From an uncultured Gemmatimonadales bacterium (GTDB lineage: Bacteria; Gemmatimonadota; Gemmatimonadetes; Longimicrobiales; Gaopeijiaceae), in NCBI GenBank assembly GCA_963809895.1, contig CAWELD010000003.1, forward strand, positions 256,001-320,000: a DNA stretch of 64,000 nucleotides, written 5' to 3'. Below are positions 1-11,854 of the stretch, one piece after another. Within the stretch, counting starts at the first letter, position 1, and every line of letters starts with the position of its first letter. Under the pieces are notes generated by a model. It searched no databases. It worked only from the letters and a program-made list of their open reading frames with translations, and had not been told where the DNA came from. The position numbers were made by a program, and so were the translations under genes.

Positions 1-129
1 TTCGCCCAGGTCCGCCTGGTGGAGGCGACCGGGGGGAGCGCTCTGGTGAAGCAGGCCCAGGACCGCTACGACCGCATCCGCTTCGGACGGGGGCTGGACC
101 GCTTCCGGGAGAGCGGCGCCTGCTACTGA
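1..129 (+). CDS. 3' end of a gene truncated by the window edge, product unknown
   Basis: Frame 1 is open from the edge (FAQVRLVEATGGSALVKQAQDRYDRIRFGRGLDRFRESGACY*) with GC-rich third positions and TGA at 127-129. Confidence 0.5.
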   Translation, partial: FAQVRLVEATGGSALVKQAQDRYDRIRFGRGLDRFRESGACY

Positions 130-245
130 CCGGCTCGCCAGCACCCTCAACGAAAGCGACGGCCGGTCGGGGCTGGACCCGTTGGAGTCGAGTGGCGATG
201 CTTCATGGCTCGCAATGTGTGCACTCCAGCCCCAGGTGATTCGAC

Positions 246-1364
246 GTGGCCGTCCCCTTGCTGGACCTGACCGCCCAGTACCAGGCCCTGCGTGAGGAGC
301 TCGACGCCGCGGTGTCGCGGGTCGTGCGTTCGCAGGGGTTCGTGCTGGGACCCGAGGTCGAGGCCTTCGAGGAGGCCATGGCCCAGTATCTGGGCGTGGC
401 GCATGCGGTCGGGGTCGCCAGCGGCACCGATGCCCTCCTCCTCCCGCTCATGGCCCTGGAGCCGGAGCCGGGCGACGAGGTCGTGGTGCCCGCATTCACC
501 TTCTTCGCCACGGCGGGTGCGGTGTGGAACGCCGGCTTTCGTCCGGTCTTCTGCGATGTCGATCCGGTGACCTTCAACGTGTCGGCGGCGACGCTGTCCG
601 CCGCGTGGACGCCCCGGACCCGCGCGGTGATCCCGGTCGATCTCTTCGGACAGATGGCGCCCATGGAGGACATCCTGCCCCTGGCGCGGGACCGCGGAGC
701 GGTGGTCCTCGAGGACGCGGCCCAGGCGGTGGGCGCGCGCCGCGAGATCGAGGGGGCCTCCGTCATGGCGGGTGCGGTGGCGCCGGTGACGGCGTTCTCG
801 TTCTTTCCCACCAAGAACCTCGGGGGATTCGGTGACGGGGGCATGGTCACCGCCCTCGACGGCGATCTGGCCGAGCGGGTCCGCAAGCTGCGGGTGCACG
901 GCGGACGCCAGATGTACCACCACGAGCTGGTGGGGACCAACTCCCGTCTGGACGCCCTGCAGGCTGCGGTCTTGCGGGCCAAGCTCCCGCATCTCGACCA
1001 ATGGGCCGCCGCCCGGCGTGAGAACGCCTGCCGGTACGAGGAGCTGCTGGCCGACGTGCCGGAGGTGCTCACGCCCACGGTGGCCGAGGGCAACTTCCAC
1101 GTGTACAACCAGTACACCGTGAGGGCGAGACGCCGGGACGAGCTCCGGGCGTTCCTCAACGAGCGTGGCATCGGCTGCGGCGTGTACTACCCCGTGCCGT
1201 TGCACCTGCAGGCCTGCTTCGGAGAGCTGGGGTACCACGAAGGTGACCTGCCGGCATCCGAGGAGCTGTGCAGGGAGGTGCTGAGCTTGCCGGTCTTTCC
1301 GGAGCTCGGCGAGGAGCGAGTCGCCGAGGTCGCCGGGGCGGTACGCGCCTTCTACGGAGCCTGA
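246..1364 (+). CDS. DegT/DnrJ/EryC1/StrS family PLP-dependent sugar aminotransferase
   Basis: VPLLDL start, SGTDAL, EDAAQA, SFFPTKNLGGFGDGG (PLP lysine), NSRLDALQAA; AGGTGA RBS before GTG. Confidence 0.95.
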   Translation: MAVPLLDLTAQYQALREELDAAVSRVVRSQGFVLGPEVEAFEEAMAQYLGVAHAVGVASGTDALLLPLMALEPEPGDEVVVPAFTFFATAGAVWNAGFRPVFCDVDPVTFNVSAATLSAAWTPRTRAVIPVDLFGQMAPMEDILPLARDRGAVVLEDAAQAVGARREIEGASVMAGAVAPVTAFSFFPTKNLGGFGDGGMVTALDGDLAERVRKLRVHGGRQMYHHELVGTNSRLDALQAAVLRAKLPHLDQWAAARRENACRYEELLADVPEVLTPTVAEGNFHVYNQYTVRARRRDELRAFLNERGIGCGVYYPVPLHLQACFGELGYHEGDLPASEELCREVLSLPVFPELGEERVAEVAGAVRAFYGA

Positions 1365-1432
1365 CGCTCGACGGAGGCCGCTGCCCCCCGCCCGCGAGCC
1401 CCGCCGCCAGTGGTCGCGGGCCCTGAAACCCC

Positions 1433-2242
1433 ATGGACAAACCCGGGTACTCCCAACGGATGTTCTTTCGCACTGTTCGACTCGTCGCCCTCGCAGGCGT
1501 TGGCATCGCTCTGAGCGCATGCGCGTCGGCCCCCAAGTATCAGGGGCTGACGGCGTCGCAGCTCTATGCACGGGCCCAACAGGAGTTCGAGCACGAGGAC
1601 TACGGCGATGCGGCCGAGACCCTCGAGTTCCTCCTGCGGGCGAGCCCGAGCTTCGAGCAGGGCGCGGAGGCGCAGCTCCTCCTGGCCCGGGCGTACTTCG
1701 AGGACAAGCAGTTCATCACGGCCCAGGCCGAGTACACCCGCTTCCTCGATCGCTATCCGGCGCATCCGTCGGCTCCCGACGCAGCACTGGGCGTGTGCCG
1801 CTCCAACGAAGCCCTGTCGCCCATCAGCCAGCGTGACCAGACGTTCACGCAGCAGGCGCTCCAGGTGTGCGGCAACATGGTGACCGACTATGCCGGCACC
1901 CCGCAGGCCGAAGAGGCCCAGCGCATCGTGACAGAAATGCAGGACAAGCTGGCCAAGAAGGTCTACGACAACGGCCACTACTATCTGCGGCGTGACTTCA
2001 ACGACTCGGCCATCATCTATTTCCAGTCCGTTGTGGATCGATATCCGGGTACGGAGTGGGCACCCCGTGCGCTGGTGGGCATCATCGACGCCTACACCGC
2101 CATCGGGTACGACGACGAGGTGGAGGCGGCGCGGCAACGGCTCCTGAACGAGTATCCGGATTCGCCGGAGGCCCAGCGGATCTCGGCCAGCGCGCAGGGC
2201 GACGGGAGTGACGGCGCGGGCGGGACCTCGGGGTCCAGGTAG
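1433..2242 (+). CDS. bamD: Outer membrane protein assembly factor BamD (lipoprotein; true start may be ATG 1460)
   Basis: Lipobox LSAC, TPR helices, RFLDRYP.HP, RDQTFT, YYLRR and YPGTEW motifs typical of BamD/YfiO. Confidence 0.88.
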   Translation: MDKPGYSQRMFFRTVRLVALAGVGIALSACASAPKYQGLTASQLYARAQQEFEHEDYGDAAETLEFLLRASPSFEQGAEAQLLLARAYFEDKQFITAQAEYTRFLDRYPAHPSAPDAALGVCRSNEALSPISQRDQTFTQQALQVCGNMVTDYAGTPQAEEAQRIVTEMQDKLAKKVYDNGHYYLRRDFNDSAIIYFQSVVDRYPGTEWAPRALVGIIDAYTAIGYDDEVEAARQRLLNEYPDSPEAQRISASAQGDGSDGAGGTSGSR

Positions 2243-2828
2243 TGGACATCGGGCTCTTCGGAGGGTCGTTCGATCCACCTCACGCCGGACATCTGATCGT
2301 CGCGCAGGACGCCATGGAACGGCTGGGACTGGATCGGATCCGGTTCGTGCCGGCCAGGATCTCGCCGTTCAAGGTGGGCGAGGACGAGCGCGGTCCCGCG
2401 GCGCCGGCCGAGCTCCGCCTGGAGATGGTGCGAGCGGCGCTGGCGGACCATCCCGCCATGGAGGTGGATCGCGCGGAGCTGGACCGGGACGGCCCGTCCT
2501 ACACGGTGGACACCCTGCGGGCCTTCCGGGCCCGCGAGCCCGACATCCGCTGGACGCTGCTGATCGGGTCGGATCAGTGGGCCTCGTTCGGCCGCTGGCG
2601 TGAGCCGGAGGTCATCGCGAGCCTGGCGAGCATTGCGGTCATGACCCGATCCGGCGTGGAGCTGAACGAGGCCGGAGGACCGGGTCTGCCGCACCGATCC
2701 GTGCCCGTGACCCGGGTGGACATCTCCTCGACGGAGCTCCGTCGGCGGGTCTGCGACGGCCGCTCCATCCGATTTTTCGTGCCCGAAGCCGTGCGGGCCC
2801 TCATCGAAGCGAACGGATTGTATTCGAC

Positions 2829-2835
<7 letters not shown>
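2242..2835 (+). CDS. nadD: Nicotinate-nucleotide adenylyltransferase
   Basis: IGLFGGSFDPPHAGH, SYTVDTL, LIGSD, DISSTELR. Confidence 0.96.
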
Positions 2836-6164
<3,329 letters not shown>

Positions 6165-6208
6165 TAGCGCGGAAACAAGCGGCGTGCCCGGGGGTGACCC
6201 CCTCGGAT

Positions 6209-6230
6209 TGTGCCGAGATTGTGTCGTAAC
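6209..6230 (+). repeat. Putative integrase arm-type binding sites (tandem 11-bp units)
   Basis: tgtgccgagat-tgtgtcgtaac; 19/22 identical to 8556-8577. Confidence 0.65.
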
Positions 6231-6242
6231 GGCACACGAGAA

Positions 6243-6275
6243 GAGCCCGCCGGCCCCTTCCGGGCCAGCGGGCTC
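6243..6275. terminator. Hairpin between convergent secA and integrase
   Basis: gagcccgc-c-ggccc / gggcc-a-gcgggctc stem; weak U-tract on the minus strand. Confidence 0.55.
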
Positions 6276-6297
6276 GCTCGCTTCCTGGGAGTCGGCT

Positions 6298-6846
6298 TTA
6301 CCCGATCTTCGTGACCTTCGCCGGACCACGGCGTCCGGTATGCAGCTTCGCCAGCTTCTCGACGCCCTCGGCCAGCGCGACCTCGTCGGCGATGGCGTAG
6401 CGACGATACACGGCCTCGGTCTTGTGGCCCGTCAGCTTCATGGCCACCGACCTGGGTACGCCGGCGCGCTCCAGGTTCCGGACCGCCGTGCGTCGTAGGT
6501 CATGGAACCACGCGCCGTCGAGCCCGACGCGACTGCACGCGCCGTCCCAAGCTCCACGCATGGACCGGATGGGCTCGCCGTCGCGGTGGAAGACCCAGGG
6601 CACGAGCTGGCCGGTCGCGCGCTCCACGGCCCGCGTCCTGGCCCGCTGGTCCTCGAGGAGCTCCTGGAGGGGAGGGAGGGCCCGGAAGGGGAACGTCCGA
6701 CCCTCGGAGTTCTTCGACCGGGTGGCCTCGAGGTGCACGGTGCCGGCGTCGAAATCGACGTGAGCCCATCGGAGACCGGTGACCTCCCGCTTCCGCCAGC
6801 CTGTCAGCGCCGCGAAACGCACGACGGGCGCCAGGTCGGGCCCGAT
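6298..6846 (-). pseudogene. Tyrosine recombinase/phage integrase, catalytic C-terminal fragment only
   Basis: TGWRKREV (R), KNSEGR (K), HDLRR (HxxR), GHKT (H) and RRYAI (Y) present; frame blocked upstream by TAG at 6847-6849, so the arm- and core-binding domains are absent. Confidence 0.88.
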
Positions 6847-7056
6847 CTAAGCCGGCAAGCTCGCAGCCGAATGCACGTCAGGCCGACGGACGACACGCTG
6901 GACGAGAACGCCCCCCTTGTCGCCACGTCTGGAGTCCTGGTATGCTGTGCTGGAGAATGTGCCAATGGCCAGCGACCCGACGCGCACTCCTATACGCTGA
7001 CATGCGAGCTTCCCATGGGCCTCGGACCCTGACGCCGATCACCGGTGTAGATTTCC

Positions 7057-7086
7057 TTGACGACGCCGGTAGCATGATGCTACGAT
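7057..7086 (+). promoter_or_regulatory. Sigma70-type promoter of the mqsR operon with an overlapping palindromic operator
   Basis: TTGACG (7057-7062), 18-bp spacer, TGc-TACGAT (7081-7086); perfect 7-1-7 palindrome GTAGCAT-G-ATGCTAC at 7069-7083. Confidence 0.7.
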
Positions 7087-7090
7087 TGAC

Positions 7091-7408
7091 ATGACTCCGC
7101 GGAACGCTCCGACCCATTCGCTGGCCTTGGTCAAAGCAGCCGTTCAAGACGGTCGTTGGCTCGCGTCAGGCAAGGTGCTAAGGACCGCATCCGCCGTGTA
7201 CTGTGATCGGCGCGACATCGAGGAGTGCATTGCTAGCCTTACCGAAGAAGACTTCCGCAAGTCAATGCCCTCCGAAGCGCGGGAGGGGCGGTGGCAGGAT
7301 GTATATAAGGTCCACTACTACAGCATGCCCATCTACCTGAAGTTCGACTACTCGTCTAGAACTGACCGGGTAATCCTCCTTTCCTTCAAGCTAGATGAGG
7401 ATCCGTGA
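7091..7408 (+). CDS. mqsR: MqsR-family mRNA interferase toxin
   Basis: 105 aa with DFRKSM, WQDVY, IYLK and LSFK, matching MqsR family motifs (DFYKSM, WQDVY, VYLK, VSFK). Confidence 0.92.
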   Translation: MTPRNAPTHSLALVKAAVQDGRWLASGKVLRTASAVYCDRRDIEECIASLTEEDFRKSMPSEAREGRWQDVYKVHYYSMPIYLKFDYSSRTDRVILLSFKLDEDP

Positions 7409-8025
7409 CTGACTGCCCATATTGCGAGCATCCCTTAGAGGAACGAACTGAAGTGCGCGAGCTGCGTTTCGGTCGGCGGTCGGCTTCTGTCCCACATGAG
7501 TTCCTTTGGTGCGAGGAGTGTCAGGAGGAATTCCAGACGCCAGAGCAAATGGACAGTGCTCAGCGGCTTGCGTCCAACGCCATCCGTGAACAGGAGGGAC
7601 TCCTGAGACCGGAGGAGATCAAGTCCATTAGGGACCGCTTGAGTATCTCCCAAGCGGATTTTGAGCGGCTGCTAGGCGTGGGCGAGAAGACCGTGGTGCG
7701 TTGGGAGCGCGGGACGGTGTTTCAGAACGCCGCCACGGACAACCTCATGAGGGTTGTCAGTGCCTTCCCTCAGGTGGCTCACTTTCTGGCTGAACGGCAT
7801 GGGGTCACCATCGAGGCACCTGATAGCGTACAGATGTTCGAGTTGTCGTTCGGTCATCCCTCACCTGCAGACTGGATCCAAGGGGCTTTCGGAGGTGAAG
7901 ACATGGCCGAGGCGTTCGGGAACCTCAGCTTCATTCGCCTCTCCGGGCGTACGTTAGCGGATGCGGATGCACCCCGCGGAGCACCCGATTGGGTTGTCTC
8001 AGGGAGTGTCAGGCGTGCCGTCTAA
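7405..8025 (+). CDS. mqsA: MqsA-family antitoxin (Zn ribbon + Cro/XRE HTH) with a ~70-aa C-terminal extension
   Basis: CPYC...CEEC zinc ligands; EIKSIRDRLSISQADFERLLGVGEKTVVRWERG HTH; GTGA overlap with the mqsR stop. Confidence 0.9.
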   Translation: MTDCPYCEHPLEERTEVRELRFGRRSASVPHEFLWCEECQEEFQTPEQMDSAQRLASNAIREQEGLLRPEEIKSIRDRLSISQADFERLLGVGEKTVVRWERGTVFQNAATDNLMRVVSAFPQVAHFLAERHGVTIEAPDSVQMFELSFGHPSPADWIQGAFGGEDMAEAFGNLSFIRLSGRTLADADAPRGAPDWVVSGSVRRAV

Positions 8026-8452
8026 GCCCGCAGTGCCCGACTTCCAGGTAAGCAACATCGGCCTTCACCGGTTGGATTTCAGCCGCCTGGGACCTCAACA
8101 GGTGACAGGCCCGCTTGATGTGCAGATCCAGTTGGGCACTGGCCGCCTTGCAGAGCGGGAACTCGGAGTAGAGGTGGGTGTGCTGGTGGAATACGAAGAC
8201 GCCTTCAGGCTTGAGATATCCTACCGCTGCGTCTTTAGCCGTGAGTCGCCTTTCGACGAGGACGAGGATCCGGAGGAGTATTGGAGCAGCGTAGCCAGTG
8301 CTGCCTCCACCCTCGTGCTATTCCCTTACGTGCGCGCAGAATTCACCCATGTCTTGAACGCTGCGGGCATACACGGTCAACAGCTTCCACTCGTAAACCC
8401 AATGAGCATGTTCCCCGCCGCCCAAATCACTATCGCTGAACCGCCCGAATGA
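8015..8452 (+). CDS. SecB-like chaperone (third component of a toxin-antitoxin-chaperone system)
   Basis: GTG 8015 after AGGGAG RBS, overlapping the mqsA stop; ~145 aa; four beta-strand-like segments, then VLFPYVRAEFTHVLNAAGIHGQQLPLVN, resembling the SecB LFPYAR...G...L.PVN signature. Confidence 0.82.
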   Translation: MPSKPAVPDFQVSNIGLHRLDFSRLGPQQVTGPLDVQIQLGTGRLAERELGVEVGVLVEYEDAFRLEISYRCVFSRESPFDEDEDPEEYWSSVASAASTLVLFPYVRAEFTHVLNAAGIHGQQLPLVNPMSMFPAAQITIAEPPE

Positions 8453-8555
8453 GATCGCGCTGAAGGTCTTCAGCAGGCCCCCCGGGCCGCCGCGTCGCCA
8501 GAGCCCTGATCCTCCCGGGCCATTACTCCAGACTCCCGACGGAAGGCCCCTCCAC

Positions 8556-8577
8556 TGTGCCACGATTGTGCCGTAAC
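8556..8577 (+). repeat. Putative integrase arm-type binding sites (tandem 11-bp units)
   Basis: tgtgccacgat-tgtgccgtaac; 19/22 identical to 6209-6230. Confidence 0.65.
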
Positions 8578-8691
8578 CGCCAGGAACCAAGCGGTACCGG
8601 CGTCAGTCACGCCACCTGCTAAACCCCCCGAACGTCGCACAACCACGCGCCTCGGTGCCCAATGGCACCCGGTCCGAAAGGAGCGAGGCTG

Positions 8692-8722
8692 GTACAAGAA
8701 GTGCCACGGGCGTAACGCCTGA
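8692..8722 (+). repeat. attR core: displaced copy of the secA 3' end
   Basis: Exact 31-bp copy of 6134-6164 (encodes YKKCHGRNA*). Confidence 0.95.
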
Positions 8723-8739
8723 AGGTCCTGTCGTAGCGC

Positions 8740-8782
8740 ACGGCGTCCCGGGCGGCCATGGAGGCGCCCGGGACGCCGTTTC
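8740..8782 (+). terminator. Probable native secA terminator, displaced by the island
   Basis: Perfect 15-bp stem acggcgtcccgggcg / cgcccgggacgccgt followed by ttc, 17 nt after the attR stop codon. Confidence 0.7.
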
Positions 8783-8796
8783 ATCGTTGGGATACC

Positions 8797-9495
8797 ATGT
8801 CCCGACCCGCGATCGCAGCACCCACCCCGCCCGTCGATGGCCCCCGGGAGCGCCTGCGCGCTCTGGGCGTCCGGGCGCTCTCCCTACGTGAGCTGGTGGC
8901 CTTGGTGGTGGGGGCCGGAGGCACGGTGGGGTCGGCCGTCGACGTGGCCGAGGCGGTCCTGGCGGCCGCCGGGGGCGACGCCCGGGGCCTGGCGCGCTGT
9001 CCCGAGGCCGCCTTCCGACGCGTCCCGGGGGTGGGCACGGCCCTGGCGGCGCGGCTGGCGGCGGCGCTGGAGCTGGGACGCCGGAGTGCGGCGTCCGCCG
9101 GCGAGGAGCGCGTGCGCATCCGGGGGCCCCGCGACGTCCACGCCCGCATGGGTCCGCTGCTCAGGGACCTGGTGCAGGAGGAGTTCCACGCGCTGCTCCT
9201 CAACGCCCAGCACCGCCTCCTGCGCACCGTGCTGATCACCCGCGGCATCCTGGACGCCTCGCTGATCCACCCGCGCGAGGTCTTCCGCCCGGCGGTCACC
9301 GAGGGGGCGGCCGCGGTGATCCTGGTCCACAACCATCCGTCCGGAGATCCCAGTCCCTCGGCGGAGGACCGAGCGGTCACCCGCCAGCTCGCGCGCGCCG
9401 GCCGGGCGCTGGGTATTCCGGTGCTGGACCACGTGGTCCTGGGGGACGGCAGATTCCACGCCCTCAGCGAGGAGGGACCGCTGGACTGCCACTGA
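8797..9495 (+). CDS. radC: RadC family JAB/MPN-domain protein
   Basis: PRERLRALG..ALS..EL, HhH GVGTA, SLIHPREVF, HNHPSGDPSPSAED, LDHVV. Confidence 0.95.
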   Translation: MSRPAIAAPTPPVDGPRERLRALGVRALSLRELVALVVGAGGTVGSAVDVAEAVLAAAGGDARGLARCPEAAFRRVPGVGTALAARLAAALELGRRSAASAGEERVRIRGPRDVHARMGPLLRDLVQEEFHALLLNAQHRLLRTVLITRGILDASLIHPREVFRPAVTEGAAAVILVHNHPSGDPSPSAEDRAVTRQLARAGRALGIPVLDHVVLGDGRFHALSEEGPLDCH

Positions 9496-9636
9496 ATCCC
9501 ACCGGGTCCGGAGTGGAACCGAGAGGGGGTCAACGACCGTATCTTTTCGACAGGTGCCGGTGTATCTTCGGCATGGGGCGTCCGGGCCGTTCACGGGTCG
9601 GGACGCCCTCACAGTCTCCCCTGTCGCGATGCCCTC

Positions 9637-11844
9637 ATGGCCTGGACAGCCTCCTCCACCTCGTCGACGGCAACGATCCGTGGCCTTCCGCGGCCCTTCG
9701 CCCGGTCGTTGGAGGCGTACGCGGACCGTCTGGACGTGGAGCTCATCCGCCGGGCCTACGACCTGGCGGTGGAGGCCCACGCCGGACAGCGGCGGGCGTC
9801 GGGCGAGGAATACGTGAGCCACACGGTGGAGGTCGCCACGATCCTGGCGGGCCTCCGTCTGGACACGGCGTCCATCGTCGCGGGCCTGGTGCACGACACG
9901 GTGGAGGACACGGCCCTCACCCTGGCCGACCTCCAGGAGCGCTTCGGCGTCGAGGTGGCGGCCCTCGTGGACGGTGTCACCAAGATCGGAAAGGTCCGTT
10001 TCCGCTCGCACACCGAGCAGCAGGTGGAGAACTACCGGAAGCTCCTGCTGTCCATGGCCGAGGACGCCCGGGTCATCCTCATCAAGCTGGCCGATCGTCT
10101 GCACAACATGCGCACGCTGGAGCACCTTCCCAAGGAGAAGCGGCGGCGTATCGCCATGGAGACCCAGGAGATCTACTCGCCGCTGGCCCACCGGTTGGGG
10201 ATCTTCTCCATCAAGTGGGAGCTGGAGGACCTGACCTTCAAGTTCCTGGAGCCCGACGCCTACGAGGCGCTCTCCAAGCAGGTCCAGCAGCGGCGCCGCG
10301 AGCGCGAGCGGCAGATCGTGGAGATGAAGGTTCCGCTGGAAGAGGAGCTGGAGCGCGCCTCCATTCCCGCTGAGGTCACGGGGCGGCCCAAGCACCTGTG
10401 GTCGATCTACAAGAAGATGCAGAGGCGCGGCCTGCCCTACGAGGAGATCTACGACCTCATGGCCATGCGCATCATCACCGACTCGGTGCAGAACTGCTAC
10501 GCGGCGCTGGGGGTGATCCACTCCCGCTGGGCCCCCGTGCAGGAGCGCTTCCACGACTACATCGCGACGCCCAAGTCCAACATGTACCGCTCGCTCCACA
10601 CCACGGTGGTGGGGCCGCACGGGCGGCGCTACGAGATCCAGATCCGCACCGAAGAGATGCACCGCACCGCCGAGTACGGGATCGCGGCGCACTGGAAGTA
10701 CAAGGAGGGGGTCCGCGGGGCCAGCGACGAGGTCGACGAGGCCCTGACCTGGTTCCGGCAGGTCCTGGAGTGGCAGCAGGACACCAAGGAGCCCGAGGAG
10801 TTCATGGAATTCCTCAAGATGGACCTCTTCCAGGGCGAGATCTTCGTCTTCACGCCGAAGGGCGAGGTGAAGCAGATGCCGGTGGGGGCCACGCCCATCG
10901 ACTTCGCCTTCGCCGTGCACACCGAGGTGGGACTCCATTGTGCGGGCGCCAAGGTGAACGGCCGCATCGCCCCCCTGTCGCGGGAGCTGAGGAACGGGGA
11001 CACCGTCGAGGTGATGACCAACCCGCGCCAGTGGCCCAACCGCGACTGGCTGGCCTTCGTGAAGACCTCGCGGGCGCGGGGCCGGATCCGGCAGTGGATC
11101 CGCAAGCAGGAGTTCGATTCGGCGGTGGATCTGGGCCGGGAGTTCCTCGACCGGGAGCTGCGCAAGGCGCGCCTGGATCGTCCCGACGACGAGGTGCTGG
11201 CGGAGGCCGCCCGGGCCCTGGGCTACCCCGACTTCGACCACGTGCACGCGGCGCTGGGCCGGGGCGACGTAGGGCCCACCGCCGTCCTCAAACAGCTCCA
11301 TCCCGATCACGATCCGGCGGAGGTCGCCCAGCGCACGCCCACGGCGCTGCAGCGACTGGCGGAGAAGCTCATCCGCACGAACCGGGGCGTGCGCATCCAG
11401 GGGATGGAGAACCTCATGGTACGCTACTCCCAGTGCTGCCAGCCCGTACCCGGCGACGATGTCATCGGCTACGTGACCCGGGGCAGGGGAGTGTCCATCC
11501 ATCGCAAGGACTGTCCCAACGTGTTGAACCTGCCGGACGAGGAGCGGCGCATCGCCATCGAATGGGCAGCCGAGAAGGGCGACCGCTTCATGGTGCGCAT
11601 CTACATGCGGGGTACCGACCGCCGGGGCCTGCTGTCGGACGTGGCAAAGGCCATCACCGACACCGGCACCGACATCCAACACGCCGACATGGGCGCGGTG
11701 GACGGCGGCATGAACGGTGAGTTCGCCGTGGAGGTGCGTGACCTCGGGCACCTGCGCAAGGTGCTCAAGGCCATCTCCCGGGTGAAGGGCGTGCTCAGTG
11801 TGGAGCGGCGCGAGAGCTTCCAGGAAGCGGACCTGCGGCTGTAG
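9637..11844 (+). CDS. spoT: Bifunctional (p)ppGpp synthetase/hydrolase, RelA/SpoT family
   Basis: Intact HD hydrolase motif [37 protein letters not shown] ([11 protein letters not shown]), CCQPVPGD, C-terminal ACT. Confidence 0.96.
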   Translation: MAWTASSTSSTATIRGLPRPFARSLEAYADRLDVELIRRAYDLAVEAHAGQRRASGEEYVSHTVEVATILAGLRLDTASIVAGLVHDTVEDTALTLADLQERFGVEVAALVDGVTKIGKVRFRSHTEQQVENYRKLLLSMAEDARVILIKLADRLHNMRTLEHLPKEKRRRIAMETQEIYSPLAHRLGIFSIKWELEDLTFKFLEPDAYEALSKQVQQRRRERERQIVEMKVPLEEELERASIPAEVTGRPKHLWSIYKKMQRRGLPYEEIYDLMAMRIITDSVQNCYAALGVIHSRWAPVQERFHDYIATPKSNMYRSLHTTVVGPHGRRYEIQIRTEEMHRTAEYGIAAHWKYKEGVRGASDEVDEALTWFRQVLEWQQDTKEPEEFMEFLKMDLFQGEIFVFTPKGEVKQMPVGATPIDFAFAVHTEVGLHCAGAKVNGRIAPLSRELRNGDTVEVMTNPRQWPNRDWLAFVKTSRARGRIRQWIRKQEFDSAVDLGREFLDRELRKARLDRPDDEVLAEAARALGYPDFDHVHAALGRGDVGPTAVLKQLHPDHDPAEVAQRTPTALQRLAEKLIRTNRGVRIQGMENLMVRYSQCCQPVPGDDVIGYVTRGRGVSIHRKDCPNVLNLPDEERRIAIEWAAEKGDRFMVRIYMRGTDRRGLLSDVAKAITDTGTDIQHADMGAVDGGMNGEFAVEVRDLGHLRKVLKAISRVKGVLSVERRESFQEADLRL

Positions 11845-11854
11845 GTCCGCGCGT

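Noticed and set aside
6878..7147. 89-aa minus-strand ORF and 6502-7032 plus-strand ORF in the island
   Set aside because: No motifs; they overlap mqsR, its promoter or the integrase; no support as excisionase or repressor genes.
8797..9495. radC as island cargo (JAB genes are common on mobile elements)
   Set aside because: It lies outside attR, has host-like GC and has the full-length chromosomal RadC architecture.
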